Shown piece by piece: positions 1 through 11,125 of a stretch of DNA of 46,202 nucleotides. The stretch covers positions 1 through 46,202 of the forward strand of contig JBPCVX010000389.1 of the NCBI GenBank assembly GCA_051010095.1. The letters are read 5' to 3'. Source of the stretch: Hyphomicrobiales bacterium. GTDB taxonomy: Bacteria > Pseudomonadota > Alphaproteobacteria > Rhizobiales > CAJQND01. The position numbers were made by a program, and so were the translations under genes. The notes under the pieces were generated by a model. That model made no database searches. It was not told the DNA's origin and was given only the letters and a program-made list of their open reading frames with translations. Position 1 is the first letter of the stretch; each line of letters opens with the position of its first letter.

Positions 1-624
1 GTTGCACTACTGTCGCAACTTTCAGAAAAGGTTGATGCAGCGCCCGCCCGCCTTGATGGATTGCTCAGCCTCAAAGGCGTTGTTGAGTTCGTTGAGCCAG
101 AAGAAAGCGATGAAGAGCGGGAAAACCTGAGTAGCGCCTTGCTTGCAAGTCTTGACGACACTTTGAGCGGTCTGGTTGAAATGCGCGCTTCTGAAGGGGT
201 GAAGCTTGAAGAACTGCTCGTTGGCCAGCTCGATGAGATTGAACGCTTGTCAATTGCCGCGCGTGACTGCCCTGCACGCACGGTTGAGGCAATTCAAACC
301 AGGCTTTCAGAACAAGTGGCGAAGTTAATTGAAGCAAGCACGACCTTAGATGCCGAACGATTGCATCAAGAAGCGGTGTTGATAGCTGCCAAGGCTGATA
401 TTCAAGAAGAACTTGATCGATTGTTCGCTCATGTGGAAGCCGCCCGCGCACTCTTGGCTGGTGGGGAACCGGTTGGACGAAAGTTTGATTTTCTCACTCA
501 GGAATTCAACCGTGAAGCCAATACTTTATGTTCCAAATCCAACGATCAGGCGCTCACTGCGATTGGACTTGATTTGAAAGCGGTCGTTGATCAAATGCGT
601 GAGCAGGTGCAAAATGTTGAGTAG
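1..624 (+). CDS. YicC-family stress-induced protein, 5'-truncated by the window edge
   Basis: Frame 1 has no stop from nt 1 into the listed ORF 61..624. The C-terminal FDFLTQEFNREANTLCSKS motif is typical of the YicC C-terminal region. It overlaps the gmk start, a common yicC-gmk arrangement. Confidence 0.8.
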   Translation, partial: VALLSQLSEKVDAAPARLDGLLSLKGVVEFVEPEESDEERENLSSALLASLDDTLSGLVEMRASEGVKLEELLVGQLDEIERLSIAARDCPARTVEAIQTRLSEQVAKLIEASTTLDAERLHQEAVLIAAKADIQEELDRLFAHVEAARALLAGGEPVGRKFDFLTQEFNREANTLCSKSNDQALTAIGLDLKAVVDQMREQVQNVE

Positions 625-1267
625 TGTTGAACCATCAACGCCGGTGACCCGCAGGGGACTTATGCTGGTTTTATCTTCGCCCTCAGGTGCTGGTAAATCT
701 ACATTGGCACGTAAGCTCATGGCAGGTGACGGCAAGATTTCCATGTCGGTATCTTTGACCACGCGCCCGCCACGCCCGGGCGAAGTTGACGGTGAAGATT
801 ATTACTTTGTGACAAAAGAAAAATTTGCCTCCATGCGCGAGAATGGCGAGCTTTTGGAATGGGCAGAAGTGTTTGGTAATTGGTATGCAACACCGCGTGC
901 CAAGGTAGAGGCACTTCTGGATAAGGGAGAAGACGTTTTATTTGACATTGATTGGCAAGGAACCCAACAACTTGCGCAAGCAAAACCGCAGGATCTGGTG
1001 CGGATTTTTATTCTCCCGCCATCTGCCGATAGCCTGCGCCAGCGTTTGATTTCCCGTAACCAAGATAGCGCTTCGGTGGTGGCGAAACGTATGGCAGAGG
1101 CTGCTGATGAGATTAGCCACTGGGCGGAGTATGACTACGTTCTCATTAACGATGATTTGGAGCGTGCTCACCAAGGCCTACTCTCAATTTTGCATGCTGA
1201 GCGTCTAAAGCGCACGCGGCGTGTAGGCCTTACTGCCTTTACACGGAACCTTATCGAAGACCTTTAG
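614..1267 (+). CDS. gmk: Guanylate kinase
   Basis: P-loop SSPSGAGKST and the TTRPPRPGEVDGEDYYF guanylate kinase signature. I trimmed the start to the ATG at 614 (MLSSVEPS...), which overlaps the yicC stop. Confidence 0.9.
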   Translation: MLSSVEPSTPVTRRGLMLVLSSPSGAGKSTLARKLMAGDGKISMSVSLTTRPPRPGEVDGEDYYFVTKEKFASMRENGELLEWAEVFGNWYATPRAKVEALLDKGEDVLFDIDWQGTQQLAQAKPQDLVRIFILPPSADSLRQRLISRNQDSASVVAKRMAEAADEISHWAEYDYVLINDDLERAHQGLLSILHAERLKRTRRVGLTAFTRNLIEDL

Positions 1268-1271
1268 GCCT

Positions 1272-2324
1272 CTATACCGTGAGCACCACGCGGCCAACAA
1301 CTTTACCGGCGCGCAAATCATCCAACGCAGAGTTGGCGTCAGACAAAGTGCGTGCGTCCACCGGGATCGGCTGAACCGCGCCGGAACGCACAAGATCAAG
1401 CATTTCCTGGGCTTCCGGCAGTGAGCCAACGAAACTTCCAGACAAAGTGATCACCCGCAACGGAAACATTGGGATCGGCAGTGAAAACTTGCCACCAAGA
1501 AGCCCTGCAATCACGGTTAGGCCACCCTTTTCCAAAATCGCTTGGGCAAAGTAGAGTGAACTTTCAGCACCAACGAAGTCTATTGAAGCGGCAACTGCGC
1601 CGGTTGTTTTGAACACCTGTTTTCGGGCATCCGGCTCAGAAGGATCGAACACGTGTTCTGCACCAGCTTTGAGCGCGAGGCCGCGCTTCTCCTCGTCGAT
1701 ATCTGCGGCGATGATTGTTGCGTTAGGATAGAGCGCATTGGCAAACTGAAGAGCCATCATGCCCACGCCACCAAGACCAACAATCATCAACGTGCCGCCA
1801 TCTACAAGTTGGCCGGATACTTTTTTGAGCGCACTGAATGCGGTTAAACCTGAGCACATGTAACTCCCCGCGAGAGAGGTCTCTATGTCACTCACATCGA
1901 GCAAATAGCGCTTGTGGGGAACCAAAACATGAGTGGCAAAGCCGCCGTCTACGGTGATACCGAGATGATGAGCTGTGTTGCACAAGTGCTCATCACCACT
2001 CGCACACGTGGGGCATTCTCCACATCCCATCCAAGGGTACACCGCATAGCGTTTGGAGGTGTCTAGCCCATCGGCTTGAGGACCCATTGCCGCAATTGTT
2101 CCCGAGATCTCATGGCCCAAAGTGAATGGCAATTCCCTACCAGTGCGCACATCAAGCTCCTGGCCTTCACCTAGATTAAAAAACCCATCTTGAATGTGCA
2201 AATCACTGTGGCACACGCCGCAATGGCTTATGCGCATAACAATTTCCTCGCCCTTTGGATCAGGAACATCTGCGGTCGTTTCCTGCAAAGGCATGCCATA
2301 GTCTGTCATGGATTGGCGTATCAT
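1272..2324 (-). CDS. Zinc-dependent alcohol dehydrogenase family oxidoreductase (MDR superfamily)
   Basis: Catalytic Zn motif GVCHSDLH, structural Zn cluster CGECPTCASGDEHLC and NAD fold GLGGVG. I trimmed the start to the ATG at 2324 (MIRQSMTDYG...), which has an AAGGA about 8 nt upstream and lies 4 nt after the rsmA stop. Confidence 0.85.
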   Translation of the reverse strand: MIRQSMTDYGMPLQETTADVPDPKGEEIVMRISHCGVCHSDLHIQDGFFNLGEGQELDVRTGRELPFTLGHEISGTIAAMGPQADGLDTSKRYAVYPWMGCGECPTCASGDEHLCNTAHHLGITVDGGFATHVLVPHKRYLLDVSDIETSLAGSYMCSGLTAFSALKKVSGQLVDGGTLMIVGLGGVGMMALQFANALYPNATIIAADIDEEKRGLALKAGAEHVFDPSEPDARKQVFKTTGAVAASIDFVGAESSLYFAQAILEKGGLTVIAGLLGGKFSLPIPMFPLRVITLSGSFVGSLPEAQEMLDLVRSGAVQPIPVDARTLSDANSALDDLRAGKVVGRVVLTV

Positions 2325-2328
2325 GGGC

Positions 2329-3165
2329 TCAGTCCTTATTTGCAAAGTTGCGCGCGATTTGCGCAAAAGCTTCTGGAGATACATTTTCGGCACGCATTGT
2401 TGCCTGTAGTTCGGTGTTTTCCAAGAGCAAATCGATATCTTGCGATATGGATTTCAGGCTTTGGCGTAACATTTTGCGGCGCTGACCAAATGCCGCTGCA
2501 GTGATCTTTTCTAATGTCGTGATTTTGAGGTCATCGGGTGACGCGATCGGCTTGAGTTGAACAATTGTGGATGTGACCTTCGGGGGCGGCGTGAAAGCGC
2601 TTGGGTGAACGTCGAAGAGGCAAGCGTTTTGCGTGCGCAATGCGCAAAGAACCGACAATCGGCCATAGGCCTTGGATCCAGGAGCTGCAGTTATGCGCTG
2701 CGCAACTTCCTTCTGAAACATCAAAGTGAGAGAAGAAAACCATGCCGGCCACGGCTCTTGCGTAAGCCATCCAGTAAGCAGTGCTGTGGAGATGTTGTAA
2801 GGCAGATTGGCAACGATTTTGACAGGTGTGGCCGCAAGTGACGCTGAGGTAAACGCCATTGCATCGCCCTCGATAATCTCAAGTTGGCCTGGATAATGGG
2901 CGGCAATTTCTTTAAGGGCAGAAATGCATCTATGATCGCGTTCGATTACGGTTACATGACGGGCACCTTCTGCCAAGAGCGCGCGCGTGAGCCCGCCGGG
3001 GCCGGGGCCAATTTCAAGCACATCGGCATTCTCGAGCGGGCCAGCGGAGCGCGCAATCCGTGCTGTGAGATTCAAATCCAAGAGAAAATTTTGCCCAAGA
3101 CTTTTGCGCGCTGAAAGACCGTGTTTGGCGATCACGTCGCGTAAAGGCGGCAAATCATCAATCAT
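2329..3165 (-). CDS. rsmA: 16S rRNA (adenine1518/1519-N6)-dimethyltransferase
   Basis: GQNFLLD and [14 protein letters not shown]-binding motifs. It overlaps the pdxA 3' end by 8 nt, the classical pdxA-ksgA arrangement. Confidence 0.92.
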   Translation of the reverse strand: MIDDLPPLRDVIAKHGLSARKSLGQNFLLDLNLTARIARSAGPLENADVLEIGPGPGGLTRALLAEGARHVTVIERDHRCISALKEIAAHYPGQLEIIEGDAMAFTSASLAATPVKIVANLPYNISTALLTGWLTQEPWPAWFSSLTLMFQKEVAQRITAAPGSKAYGRLSVLCALRTQNACLFDVHPSAFTPPPKVTSTIVQLKPIASPDDLKITTLEKITAAAFGQRRKMLRQSLKSISQDIDLLLENTELQATMRAENVSPEAFAQIARNFANKD

Positions 3166-4171
3166 GTCGCGTCAGACGATCCGCAAGCTTTAGGGCTGCG
3201 ATGAGACTATCGGCGCGCGCGGTGCCTTTGCCCGCAAGGTCGAGTGCTGTTCCGTGATCAGGCGAAGTGCGCACAAATGGCAAGCCCAAAGTAACATTTA
3301 CACCGTCGTGAAAACCGAGGGTTTTTACCGGTATAAGCGCCTGGTCATGATACATGCAAAGGGCAACATCATAAGTTTCGCGCGCCTCGTCATGGAACAT
3401 CATATCCGCGGGCAGGGGGCCGAATGCGTTAATTCCCTCGCTGCATAGATGCGATATTGCAGGTGCGATGATGGTTTCATCTTCATCTCCGAATGCACCA
3501 TTTTCCCCGGCATGCGGGTTCAGTCCGGAAATTGCCAATCTTGGCTGCGCAATTCCAAAACGGCTTTGCAAATCACGATGAGCAATACGCGCGGTATTGA
3601 TGATGAGCTCTGTTGTTAACAACCCAGGCACTGAGGAAAGTGCGACATGAATGGTTACCGGGACCGCACGCAGCTTTTCATTGGCAAGCATCATAACGGG
3701 AGTTGCTGCATAGCCTGCCTTGTTGGCAAGAGCAGCCAAATATTCAGTATGTCCGGGATGAGCGAATCCAGCTTGCTTCAGTGTTGCCTTTTGAATGGGG
3801 TTGGTTACAACCGCACGTGCCTCGCCAGACAGGGTTAGTTCAACAGCTTTTTCGATTGCGCCCAACACGCCAGATGCGGTCTTGGAGGAAGGCGCACCCA
3901 ATTGAGGCTGTTCCATAAATGGTATGTGAAACACGGGCAGGGCTTTTGCAAATACGCTTTGGGCGTCTGCAAAAGCGTCGATCTGTTCAATTGGAACGGT
4001 CAGGTTTGCAGAATGCGTGCGCATGACCTCCACATCGCCGATCAATGCGAAGGGTTTTATGGCGGCCTTATCTGATATCTGCCAAGCCTTAAGCGCGAGC
4101 TCCGGGCCAATGCCAGCCGGTTCGCCTATTGTGAGCGCGAGTGGTGCTGGCAATTTTGGATAAGGTGGCAC
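3158..4171 (-). CDS. pdxA: 4-hydroxythreonine-4-phosphate dehydrogenase
   Basis: PdxA motifs [17 protein letters not shown] and TSPDHGTA. It appears to use a GTG start. It lies between surA and rsmA. Confidence 0.9.
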   Translation of the reverse strand: MPPYPKLPAPLALTIGEPAGIGPELALKAWQISDKAAIKPFALIGDVEVMRTHSANLTVPIEQIDAFADAQSVFAKALPVFHIPFMEQPQLGAPSSKTASGVLGAIEKAVELTLSGEARAVVTNPIQKATLKQAGFAHPGHTEYLAALANKAGYAATPVMMLANEKLRAVPVTIHVALSSVPGLLTTELIINTARIAHRDLQSRFGIAQPRLAISGLNPHAGENGAFGDEDETIIAPAISHLCSEGINAFGPLPADMMFHDEARETYDVALCMYHDQALIPVKTLGFHDGVNVTLGLPFVRTSPDHGTALDLAGKGTARADSLIAALKLADRLTRHD

Positions 4172-4192
4172 CGGTGAGATGAGGTCCTGAGC

Positions 4193-5191
4193 TTATTTTT
4201 TGTAAGAAGCGTCTTTGTACTCAATAAATGCCCGGCGGCGCAAATCGCGGATGTAACTCTTTCCAAGAGTGCGATAACGATCGTTTTCCAGTCTTGCGCG
4301 AACGTCTTCGCGGGAAATCTTTGGCGGTGTTGGGGCGACCCGCTTGGTTCCGCAAAATGCGATCATTTGCACTTGTTCAAGTCCAGGTGAAACACCCATA
4401 ACGGCTGCATTTCCTACACCCAATTTCTTAAGACTGCTCAATGTTTGTTTGGGCATTTTGCGAGGATCGGCTTCAATGACATTGCCAATGTTTACATTGA
4501 ACACGCCAGAAGCTGCTTTGCGGGCAGAGCCGCAACCTTTAAAGCGCTGCGCAATGCGTTGTGCCTCAATCATGCGCGAGCGCACGACTTCTTGGGTGAG
4601 TTGTTCATTTGCCTGCTTTGCAATCGGCAGATCAATGGGCATCAAACGATAAACATCAACTGAAGCTTCCTTGATCTCGCGATTTATCTGCGAGACGATC
4701 TGCTTGTGCTTTGCATCAATCTGATTGTCATCGACACTTACTTCGCCAAAACGACCCGATACAATGCGGTTCCATGTCATGCGCGTAATGATGAACTGCT
4801 TCACTAGTCTTGGAGACATTCCCCTTGAACGCAGACGTTCTGAAAGGCTCTGTAAGCCTGGAGAGCTTTGGATGACCTCGTCGACCTGTTCGATTGTAAA
4901 TTCGGCCCCGACGCGCTTGGCCTCTTCGCGTTTTAAGACCTCGTCAATAAGTGAATCGAGGGCAGTCTTCTTCATTGTCGCGCCAGATCGCGGCCGTTCA
5001 CCCATGGCCTTAAGAAGTTTCATGCGCTGCTTTACCTGATATTCGCTAATAGCGTTATCATTTACAGTTGCGACAACGCGCGTGGAAACAGCTTGAGCGG
5101 AATGCGGAAGCAAGCTAACGCCGGCCAACAGGGCGGCGCACGTAAGAGAAAGCGCTAAATTTTTTTTCGTTTTGAACATGGCCTTCAACAT
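4193..5191 (-). CDS. surA: SurA-like periplasmic chaperone (SurA N-terminal domain protein)
   Basis: The N-terminal signal peptide ends in SAQA. It sits directly downstream of lptD and upstream of pdxA, as in the conserved lptD-surA-pdxA-rsmA operon. The start could instead be the ATG at 5179 (MFKTKK). Confidence 0.75.
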   Translation of the reverse strand: MLKAMFKTKKNLALSLTCAALLAGVSLLPHSAQAVSTRVVATVNDNAISEYQVKQRMKLLKAMGERPRSGATMKKTALDSLIDEVLKREEAKRVGAEFTIEQVDEVIQSSPGLQSLSERLRSRGMSPRLVKQFIITRMTWNRIVSGRFGEVSVDDNQIDAKHKQIVSQINREIKEASVDVYRLMPIDLPIAKQANEQLTQEVVRSRMIEAQRIAQRFKGCGSARKAASGVFNVNIGNVIEADPRKMPKQTLSSLKKLGVGNAAVMGVSPGLEQVQMIAFCGTKRVAPTPPKISREDVRARLENDRYRTLGKSYIRDLRRRAFIEYKDASYKK

Positions 5192-5234
5192 ATGCGTTCT
5201 CAGAACAACATTTTAAGTGACTAAGTGGACGAGC

Positions 5235-7589
5235 TTATCTTTCGCCTTCGTTAATAACCCGGCTGAAACGAGCACCGCCAAGTGTCTTGAATTCAATCGA
5301 AAACAGCACTGAAAACTGCTTGAGCACGTCAAGGTCTTCGGTGTTGTTTTGCACAAAGGTTACGCGCATGTTGTAACAGTCGCAATCGAACGCAAAACCC
5401 GCAGCACTACGCACAAACTTACTTGTCTCCAGATCATAACGCGATCCGGCAAATAGGCTCCAGCCATTATCAAACTGATACTTAGCGTTGCCCCAAATCT
5501 GATGGCGGCGCTCGGTTCGACCATAGGCTACAGCGGGGTCTACATTGCCGTAATTTACGGCAGTAGTAAGGCCTTCATACGAAAAGCGTCCGCCGACCTC
5601 GTGACGATTGGCGTTGAGGTTCTTGTTTTCAAATCGGCCAGTGTACGAGAGGCGAAAATATTCGTTAAACTGAATGGCAGTGGCCAGCACAATATCAGAG
5701 TTTTTCGTGTTTAAGCCTGAACCTTTCAAGAAGCTGTTTTTGCCAGCGAGATGAAATGATTCACCCACAGAAAACTTGGCAAATCCACCATTGTCCATCA
5801 GGTAGGTATAGATAAGGCCCAAATTTGCGCGCGTTCCGCCCTCGTATCTATCGTTACCTGTGAAGCGGTTGTGGAGAAACAGGTTGGTGTCATCAAAATC
5901 GAGGACCACTGAATCTTCGTTTGAAATTTTATCAATATCTGTTTCGTTGGTGCCCGCGATAATTTGCGCAGCGGGGGTGAAAATATGTTGGCCGATCGCA
6001 TTGGATGAAATAATCGGCCACCGCATATCCATACCACCGAGGGGTAAAACACGCGCAAAGTTTTCTTTTCCACGCTCACCAGTGGGAACACTCGTATCCA
6101 CCACGTTGTTGCTCGAATAAAAATCAGCCCGCAATCTGCCGAACGGCGTGACCTGAACGCCACTATTGGTGATTATTTGCCGCTGCCAATGTAACTCTGT
6201 GGACGCTCTGGTGGCCTGTGTGCCTTGGCCGACAATTCCTGTTGGGGTCAACGCAGTCGCCAGATTCCGCTCACGCCACAGCGAGTATATATTGGTATCT
6301 ATACCAAGCTCACCACCAAGCACTGGATCATCGAATTTGTAATAGTGCTGAATGTAGGGAAGCACTGCTGGCAACGTATTGTTGTCGATCTTACTCAACG
6401 CGGATTTGTACTCATAGGTTTCCGCGGAGAAGTAGTTCCGGTCATTCAGTCCAACAAGATAAGCCGTGTTGATAAGATCATTACCACCATAAATGCCGTA
6501 GCGCTTCAAATAGGTTTTATCGCTGGTGGCAACCGCCTTCCAGCCCCAGTCCCAACTGTTATTGAGCTCAATTTGGCCTTGCGAGCGTATTGCGCCACGC
6601 CATTTCTTGTCGCCTGGAGGTGGGAAATCGCGATCAAGTTGCCGCACACCAGATGCATCCACCCAGTATTGCCCATCACCAACATCGTGCCGCCACACCG
6701 CGCGCGGCACCAGCCCTTGCTTGGTGTTCCAAACAGGAAGGAAAGTCACGTCGTAGTTTGGTGCAAGATTCCAGAAATAAGGTGTTTCGACGCCAACGCC
6801 GTAAACATCGGAAAACTTGAAGCTTGGTGCTAAAAACCCAGACGCACGTTTCGTTTGCGGGTCAGGATAGGAAATCCATGGCAGCCAGAAGATCGGCACA
6901 CCGAGGAATTCCATCGTGGTGTTGTAGTAATGGATGCGGTGATCGTCTTCGATATATTCCGCTTCCTTGGCGTTTAGCTGCCACAGCGGACGCCCACTGT
7001 CGGTGACACATGTTTGGCAACGTGTATAGGTCGACTGCGTGAAATAAGTAATCTTACCGTCTACACGCTTTGCGTAAGCGGCCGTGATCGTGGAGCCATC
7101 GGTCAACATCCAACGAACAAAATTACCAAATCCATTTGCGAAATCATCATCGAGATAGATGTCATCGCCTGTAATGACGTTGCCGTTTTTCTCGCGCCAC
7201 CACACATTGCCAATCGCGCGCAGCTTGCCATTTTTGCGATCATAGATCAGCTTATCAGCGCGTAGCCTGTATTCCTGGTAACTGGCAAACACGTCACCGG
7301 TCGCGACAGCGATTTTGGTGTCTGAGTCATAGTTCAAATTCTCAGCGACCACATCCATTGGCACCTGGACACCAGGTAACTTCAGCTTGGGAGATTTGCG
7401 TTCCCTGTTGGTAACTTGATTCTCTCCAAGGCGTGCCGCTGCCGAAACTTGATTTGAATCAGATATGCCAGAGAGTGGAGCGAGCAAAGCCGATAACGCA
7501 CAAGCCATTACGCTGTGGCGCATAACTGCCTTAAGCCGTGCTTTCTTAGGAGCGCGGGTAGGTGTTATTTTTGCAATAAACGGCTTCAT
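5235..7589 (-). CDS. lptD: LPS-assembly outer membrane protein LptD (OstA)
   Basis: A 784-aa protein with a signal-like N-terminus, an OstA-like N-terminal region and a long aromatic-rich beta-barrel region. It sits at the head of the surA-pdxA-rsmA operon. Confidence 0.88.
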   Translation of the reverse strand: MKPFIAKITPTRAPKKARLKAVMRHSVMACALSALLAPLSGISDSNQVSAAARLGENQVTNRERKSPKLKLPGVQVPMDVVAENLNYDSDTKIAVATGDVFASYQEYRLRADKLIYDRKNGKLRAIGNVWWREKNGNVITGDDIYLDDDFANGFGNFVRWMLTDGSTITAAYAKRVDGKITYFTQSTYTRCQTCVTDSGRPLWQLNAKEAEYIEDDHRIHYYNTTMEFLGVPIFWLPWISYPDPQTKRASGFLAPSFKFSDVYGVGVETPYFWNLAPNYDVTFLPVWNTKQGLVPRAVWRHDVGDGQYWVDASGVRQLDRDFPPPGDKKWRGAIRSQGQIELNNSWDWGWKAVATSDKTYLKRYGIYGGNDLINTAYLVGLNDRNYFSAETYEYKSALSKIDNNTLPAVLPYIQHYYKFDDPVLGGELGIDTNIYSLWRERNLATALTPTGIVGQGTQATRASTELHWQRQIITNSGVQVTPFGRLRADFYSSNNVVDTSVPTGERGKENFARVLPLGGMDMRWPIISSNAIGQHIFTPAAQIIAGTNETDIDKISNEDSVVLDFDDTNLFLHNRFTGNDRYEGGTRANLGLIYTYLMDNGGFAKFSVGESFHLAGKNSFLKGSGLNTKNSDIVLATAIQFNEYFRLSYTGRFENKNLNANRHEVGGRFSYEGLTTAVNYGNVDPAVAYGRTERRHQIWGNAKYQFDNGWSLFAGSRYDLETSKFVRSAAGFAFDCDCYNMRVTFVQNNTEDLDVLKQFSVLFSIEFKTLGGARFSRVINEGER

Positions 7590-7869
7590 AAATTTTTACT
7601 GGCGTGCCCCGCGAATCTCCTAATGTTTCAAAATGTTTCAAGTGCGTGAATAATCTAGACAGAGTATTGAAAAAAAGCCAGACTTTTTAACCAATTAGAT
7701 ACAAAAAAACACACTTGTCTCAGAGTGCAAAGATTCCGTAACTTTGGCCATCCCGCAAGGCTTCCCCCAACGCCCCATTAACTGTAATAGTGAACCGAAG
7801 AATCTCGATCAAGTCTTGAAAAAAAAGATCGTTACCAGCTTCTAAACAAACGAAAAAGGCCCATTTCAC

Positions 7870-9354
7870 ATGAAAATTAAGTTTCAGCAGCTTTCCTTGC
7901 CAAAATTGGCAACATTAGTGCTCTTTGTCTCGGAAGGCGCCAAGCTGGGAAAATTTGCCCAGGAAGCAGACAAAGCGTGCAAGCGCCAGCTAACAGCTGC
8001 GATGAAAGCCGCCGGTTTCAGCGGAAAAAAAGAGAGCTTTCTGGATGTTCCAGGTGTTTCTGGCGGGTTCGAACGTGCGTTGCTTGTGGGGGTTGGGGAT
8101 GGATCCGATGTCACACCGATGCAGCTTGAATATCTTGGGGGCGCGATTGCAGGCAAGCTCCAAACGATGCAGGTTAATGCCGCATCCGTTGGTGTTGAAG
8201 CTGAGGGAATTGGCGAGATTGACAGCGATCAGGTTGCATCTCTTGTTGCTTCAGGTGCGCGGTTGCGCGTCTACAAGTTCGACATATACAAGACGAAAAA
8301 GAAGGCGGCTAAAGAGGGACTTGCTGCGCTTACAATGTTGAGCGCATCGGCCGCCAAGGCCCGGAAGGCATATGCCCCACACGAAGCAGTGGCACAAGGG
8401 GTGCATATCGCCCGTGACTTGGTGAATGAGCCGCCAAATGTGCTTCACCCGGAAGAATTCGCCAAACGTGCCAAGCAAATCGCCAAACTCGGTGCCAAAG
8501 TTGAAGTGCTCTCTGAAAAGCAGATGGAAAAACTGGGTATGGGCTCGTTATTGGCCGTTGGCTATGGCTCGGAACGCGACAGCAAGCTTGCGATCATTCA
8601 GTGGAATGGCGGGCGAAAAGGTGAAAAACCTGTGTGTTTTGTTGGTAAGGGGGTGACCTTCGATACGGGGGGGATTTCTCTGAAACCAGGCGCTGGTATG
8701 GGCGATATGAAGGGCGATATGGGGGGCGCAGCCTGTGTCACCGGCCTTATGCATGCTTTGGCGGCACGCAAAGCCAAAGTGAATGCGGTTGGTATCATCG
8801 GCCTTGTGGAAAACATGCCAGATGGCCGCGCCCAACGCCCTGGTGACATCGTTACATCAATGTCGGGGCAAACAATTGAGGTGCTCAACACAGATGCGGA
8901 AGGCCGTTTGGTTTTGGCTGACGCGCTCTGGTATGCGCAAAAACGGTTCAAACCAAAATTCATGATTGATTTGGCAACGCTCACCGGCGCGATTTTGGTT
9001 GCGTTGGGTAAGGAGAATGCGGGCCTTTTCTCAAACAATGATGAGTTGTCGATGAAGCTCGCAGAAGCGGGGAACGCGACTGGTGAAACCGTTTGGCGGC
9101 TTCCCCTGGGCGATGCCTATGACAAGCTGATTAATTCTGAGTTTGCCGATATGAAAAACATTGGCGGCCGCTATGCGGGCTCTATCACGGCAGCGCAGTT
9201 TTTGCAGCGTTTTGTGAACGACCTCCCATGGGCACATCTGGATGTTGCGGGAACGGCAATGGGCTCGAAAGAAACCGCAATAAACCATAGCTGGGGCGGT
9301 GGTTGGGGGGTGCGTTTGCTCAATAATCTGGTGCAGGAAAATTACGAGCGCTAG
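7870..9354 (+). CDS. pepA: Leucyl aminopeptidase (M17 family)
   Basis: M17 signature NTDAEGRL, plus [16 protein letters not shown] and the metal-ligand context. Confidence 0.93.
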   Translation: MKIKFQQLSLPKLATLVLFVSEGAKLGKFAQEADKACKRQLTAAMKAAGFSGKKESFLDVPGVSGGFERALLVGVGDGSDVTPMQLEYLGGAIAGKLQTMQVNAASVGVEAEGIGEIDSDQVASLVASGARLRVYKFDIYKTKKKAAKEGLAALTMLSASAAKARKAYAPHEAVAQGVHIARDLVNEPPNVLHPEEFAKRAKQIAKLGAKVEVLSEKQMEKLGMGSLLAVGYGSERDSKLAIIQWNGGRKGEKPVCFVGKGVTFDTGGISLKPGAGMGDMKGDMGGAACVTGLMHALAARKAKVNAVGIIGLVENMPDGRAQRPGDIVTSMSGQTIEVLNTDAEGRLVLADALWYAQKRFKPKFMIDLATLTGAILVALGKENAGLFSNNDELSMKLAEAGNATGETVWRLPLGDAYDKLINSEFADMKNIGGRYAGSITAAQFLQRFVNDLPWAHLDVAGTAMGSKETAINHSWGGGWGVRLLNNLVQENYER

Positions 9355-9380
9355 GCCGCACACACTTTCAGCTTGATTTG

Positions 9381-9411
9381 AAACTGGATCCCGTAGAGGG
9401 TCCAGTTTTTT
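9381..9411. terminator. Rho-independent terminator after pepA, possibly bidirectional with the convergent peptidase gene
   Basis: Hairpin AAACTGGA(T)CCC / GGGTCCAGTTT with a 5-nt loop, running into a T-tract (tttttt). Confidence 0.6.
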
Positions 9412-9427
9412 CATTTCTATCAATGCA

Positions 9428-10114
9428 TTAGAAGCGAATGTAGCGGATCCATCGGGCAACGTTTAGCAGGCTCATTAAAGCTGCGGCAACATACGTCATA
9501 GCGGCAGCTTTGAGGACATGACGCGCCTTGCCCAAATCCTTGTCTTGCAAATATTGACCCTTTTGCAAAACCGGAAGCGCCCGCTTAAAACTTGCATCGA
9601 ACTCGACTGGAAGTGTGACCAGATGGGCAGCGACCGAAACCCCGATAACGCAAAGGCCAACCCCGATTTGTAGCGCCATTACATGTGGGGAACGAACGAC
9701 CAATGCGACCACAGGTGCAGCCATCATGATCACGCCGCCAATAGGCTCGAACTTTTGCGCAAAACTCACTACCCGTTGACGCCATTGCAAGGGGCCATAT
9801 TGACCGGCATCCTGCATGGCATGGCCCACTTCGTGGGCCGCAATGGCCACCGCTGAGAGTGACTTGCCGTCCATATGTTCTGGCGATAAGCGCACCGTTT
9901 TGTCGTTAGGGTCATAATGATCGCCACCAGCGGTGGTGGCCTCCACCTTTACCTGCTGCAGGTCCATCTCATCGAGAAGATGGCGGGCAAGCTCGCCGCC
10001 GGTTCCAGGCAAGTCTTCACGGTGGGCCTGGTGGTGGGAGATCACATGTCGAACCCAAATTTGTGGGCCAAAAATTAAAACAAGCAGCACTGCGATAATA
10101 ATCAAATAAAGCAT
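9428..10114 (-). CDS. Membrane zinc metallopeptidase (YugP-like, Zn_peptidase_2 family)
   Basis: HEVGH zinc motif, an N-terminal TM helix and C-terminal hydrophobic helices. The length of about 228 aa is typical of the family. Confidence 0.8.
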   Translation of the reverse strand: MLYLIIIAVLLVLIFGPQIWVRHVISHHQAHREDLPGTGGELARHLLDEMDLQQVKVEATTAGGDHYDPNDKTVRLSPEHMDGKSLSAVAIAAHEVGHAMQDAGQYGPLQWRQRVVSFAQKFEPIGGVIMMAAPVVALVVRSPHVMALQIGVGLCVIGVSVAAHLVTLPVEFDASFKRALPVLQKGQYLQDKDLGKARHVLKAAAMTYVAAALMSLLNVARWIRYIRF

Positions 10115-10166
10115 AGAGAAGATATATGCGGTCTGAAAAGGTTTGCAATACGCGCCGTGAATGGCT

Positions 10167-11030
10167 TTAGAAAATCGTTTTCAACCAGTCGATGAACTGA
10201 GTCGCAATCCCACGGCGGGGACCTTTGGGTGCAACCGCATAATAATCTGTATCTGTAAGCTCGTTGGTTGTGAATTCTATCAAGCGCCCGGTCGCAAGAT
10301 CGTCACGAACAATGAGTTCAGATGCAACAGTCATGCCAAGCCCTTGACGAGCTGCTTCCAGGCACAAGCGGTAACCACCTAGATCAATCTTCTCGATTTT
10401 ATCCATGTCGACGCCGGTTGCGCTGATTATAGAAGTTCTGATCATGTCCTCAGGCGTCCAAATCCAAGGCAGTTGCGCCGCATCCGTTCCCTTTTTCTCG
10501 AGAAGTGCAGGCGCGCCCACTGCAATTAGCCGGCTATTTGCCAAATGTATGGCGTCCATACCTGGCCAGTGACCATCTCCAACGCGAATGGCAAAGTCGA
10601 AACCCTCACGTACGATATCGACCTCATCAGCGCTTGGAAGCAGAGCAATCTCTACGCCTGGATGTTGCTCCCAAAACTCCGAAAGACGGGGCATAATAAT
10701 TGTGTCGGCGATGAACATCGTTGTTTTGATCCGTAATCCCCTTCGCCCCTCTGCGTCACGCAAATGGTTTACACCGTCAAGAATGGTTGCGAAGCCTTCG
10801 TCCAATGCATCTGCCAATCGGTTTCCAGCCTCTGTGAGGCGCACTGTTCTGCCCATGCGGGCAACCAGCTGCACGTCGAGCTCCTTTTCAAGGCCACGCA
10901 CTTGCTGGGCAATGGCAGCATGGGTGACGTTCAAGGAACGTGCAGCACTCGAGAAACCACCGCTTCTGGCGGTTGCATCGAATGCACGTAGAGACGAGAG
11001 AGATGGAAGGGCGCGCCAATCAAATGACAT
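10167..11030 (-). CDS. LysR-family transcriptional regulator (GcvA/AmpR-like subgroup)
   Basis: N-terminal wHTH LRAFDATARSGGFSSAARSLNVTHAAIAQQVRGLE followed by a LysR substrate-binding domain. Confidence 0.88.
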   Translation of the reverse strand: MSFDWRALPSLSSLRAFDATARSGGFSSAARSLNVTHAAIAQQVRGLEKELDVQLVARMGRTVRLTEAGNRLADALDEGFATILDGVNHLRDAEGRRGLRIKTTMFIADTIIMPRLSEFWEQHPGVEIALLPSADEVDIVREGFDFAIRVGDGHWPGMDAIHLANSRLIAVGAPALLEKKGTDAAQLPWIWTPEDMIRTSIISATGVDMDKIEKIDLGGYRLCLEAARQGLGMTVASELIVRDDLATGRLIEFTTNELTDTDYYAVAPKGPRRGIATQFIDWLKTIF

Positions 11031-11125
11031 GTTAGTTCAACTTTCAATTGGTAAATATTGTTGCGTGGTAAAAGTACCTAGTTGTCCATATGTAAGAGTA
11101 AACATGGATGAGGTTAGGATAGTAA

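Noticed and set aside
6225-6833. A 202-aa plus-strand ORF, and several other ORFs of 60 to 120 aa, antisense to lptD.
   Set aside because: They lie entirely inside the 784-aa LptD CDS, have no motifs and show an atypical composition.
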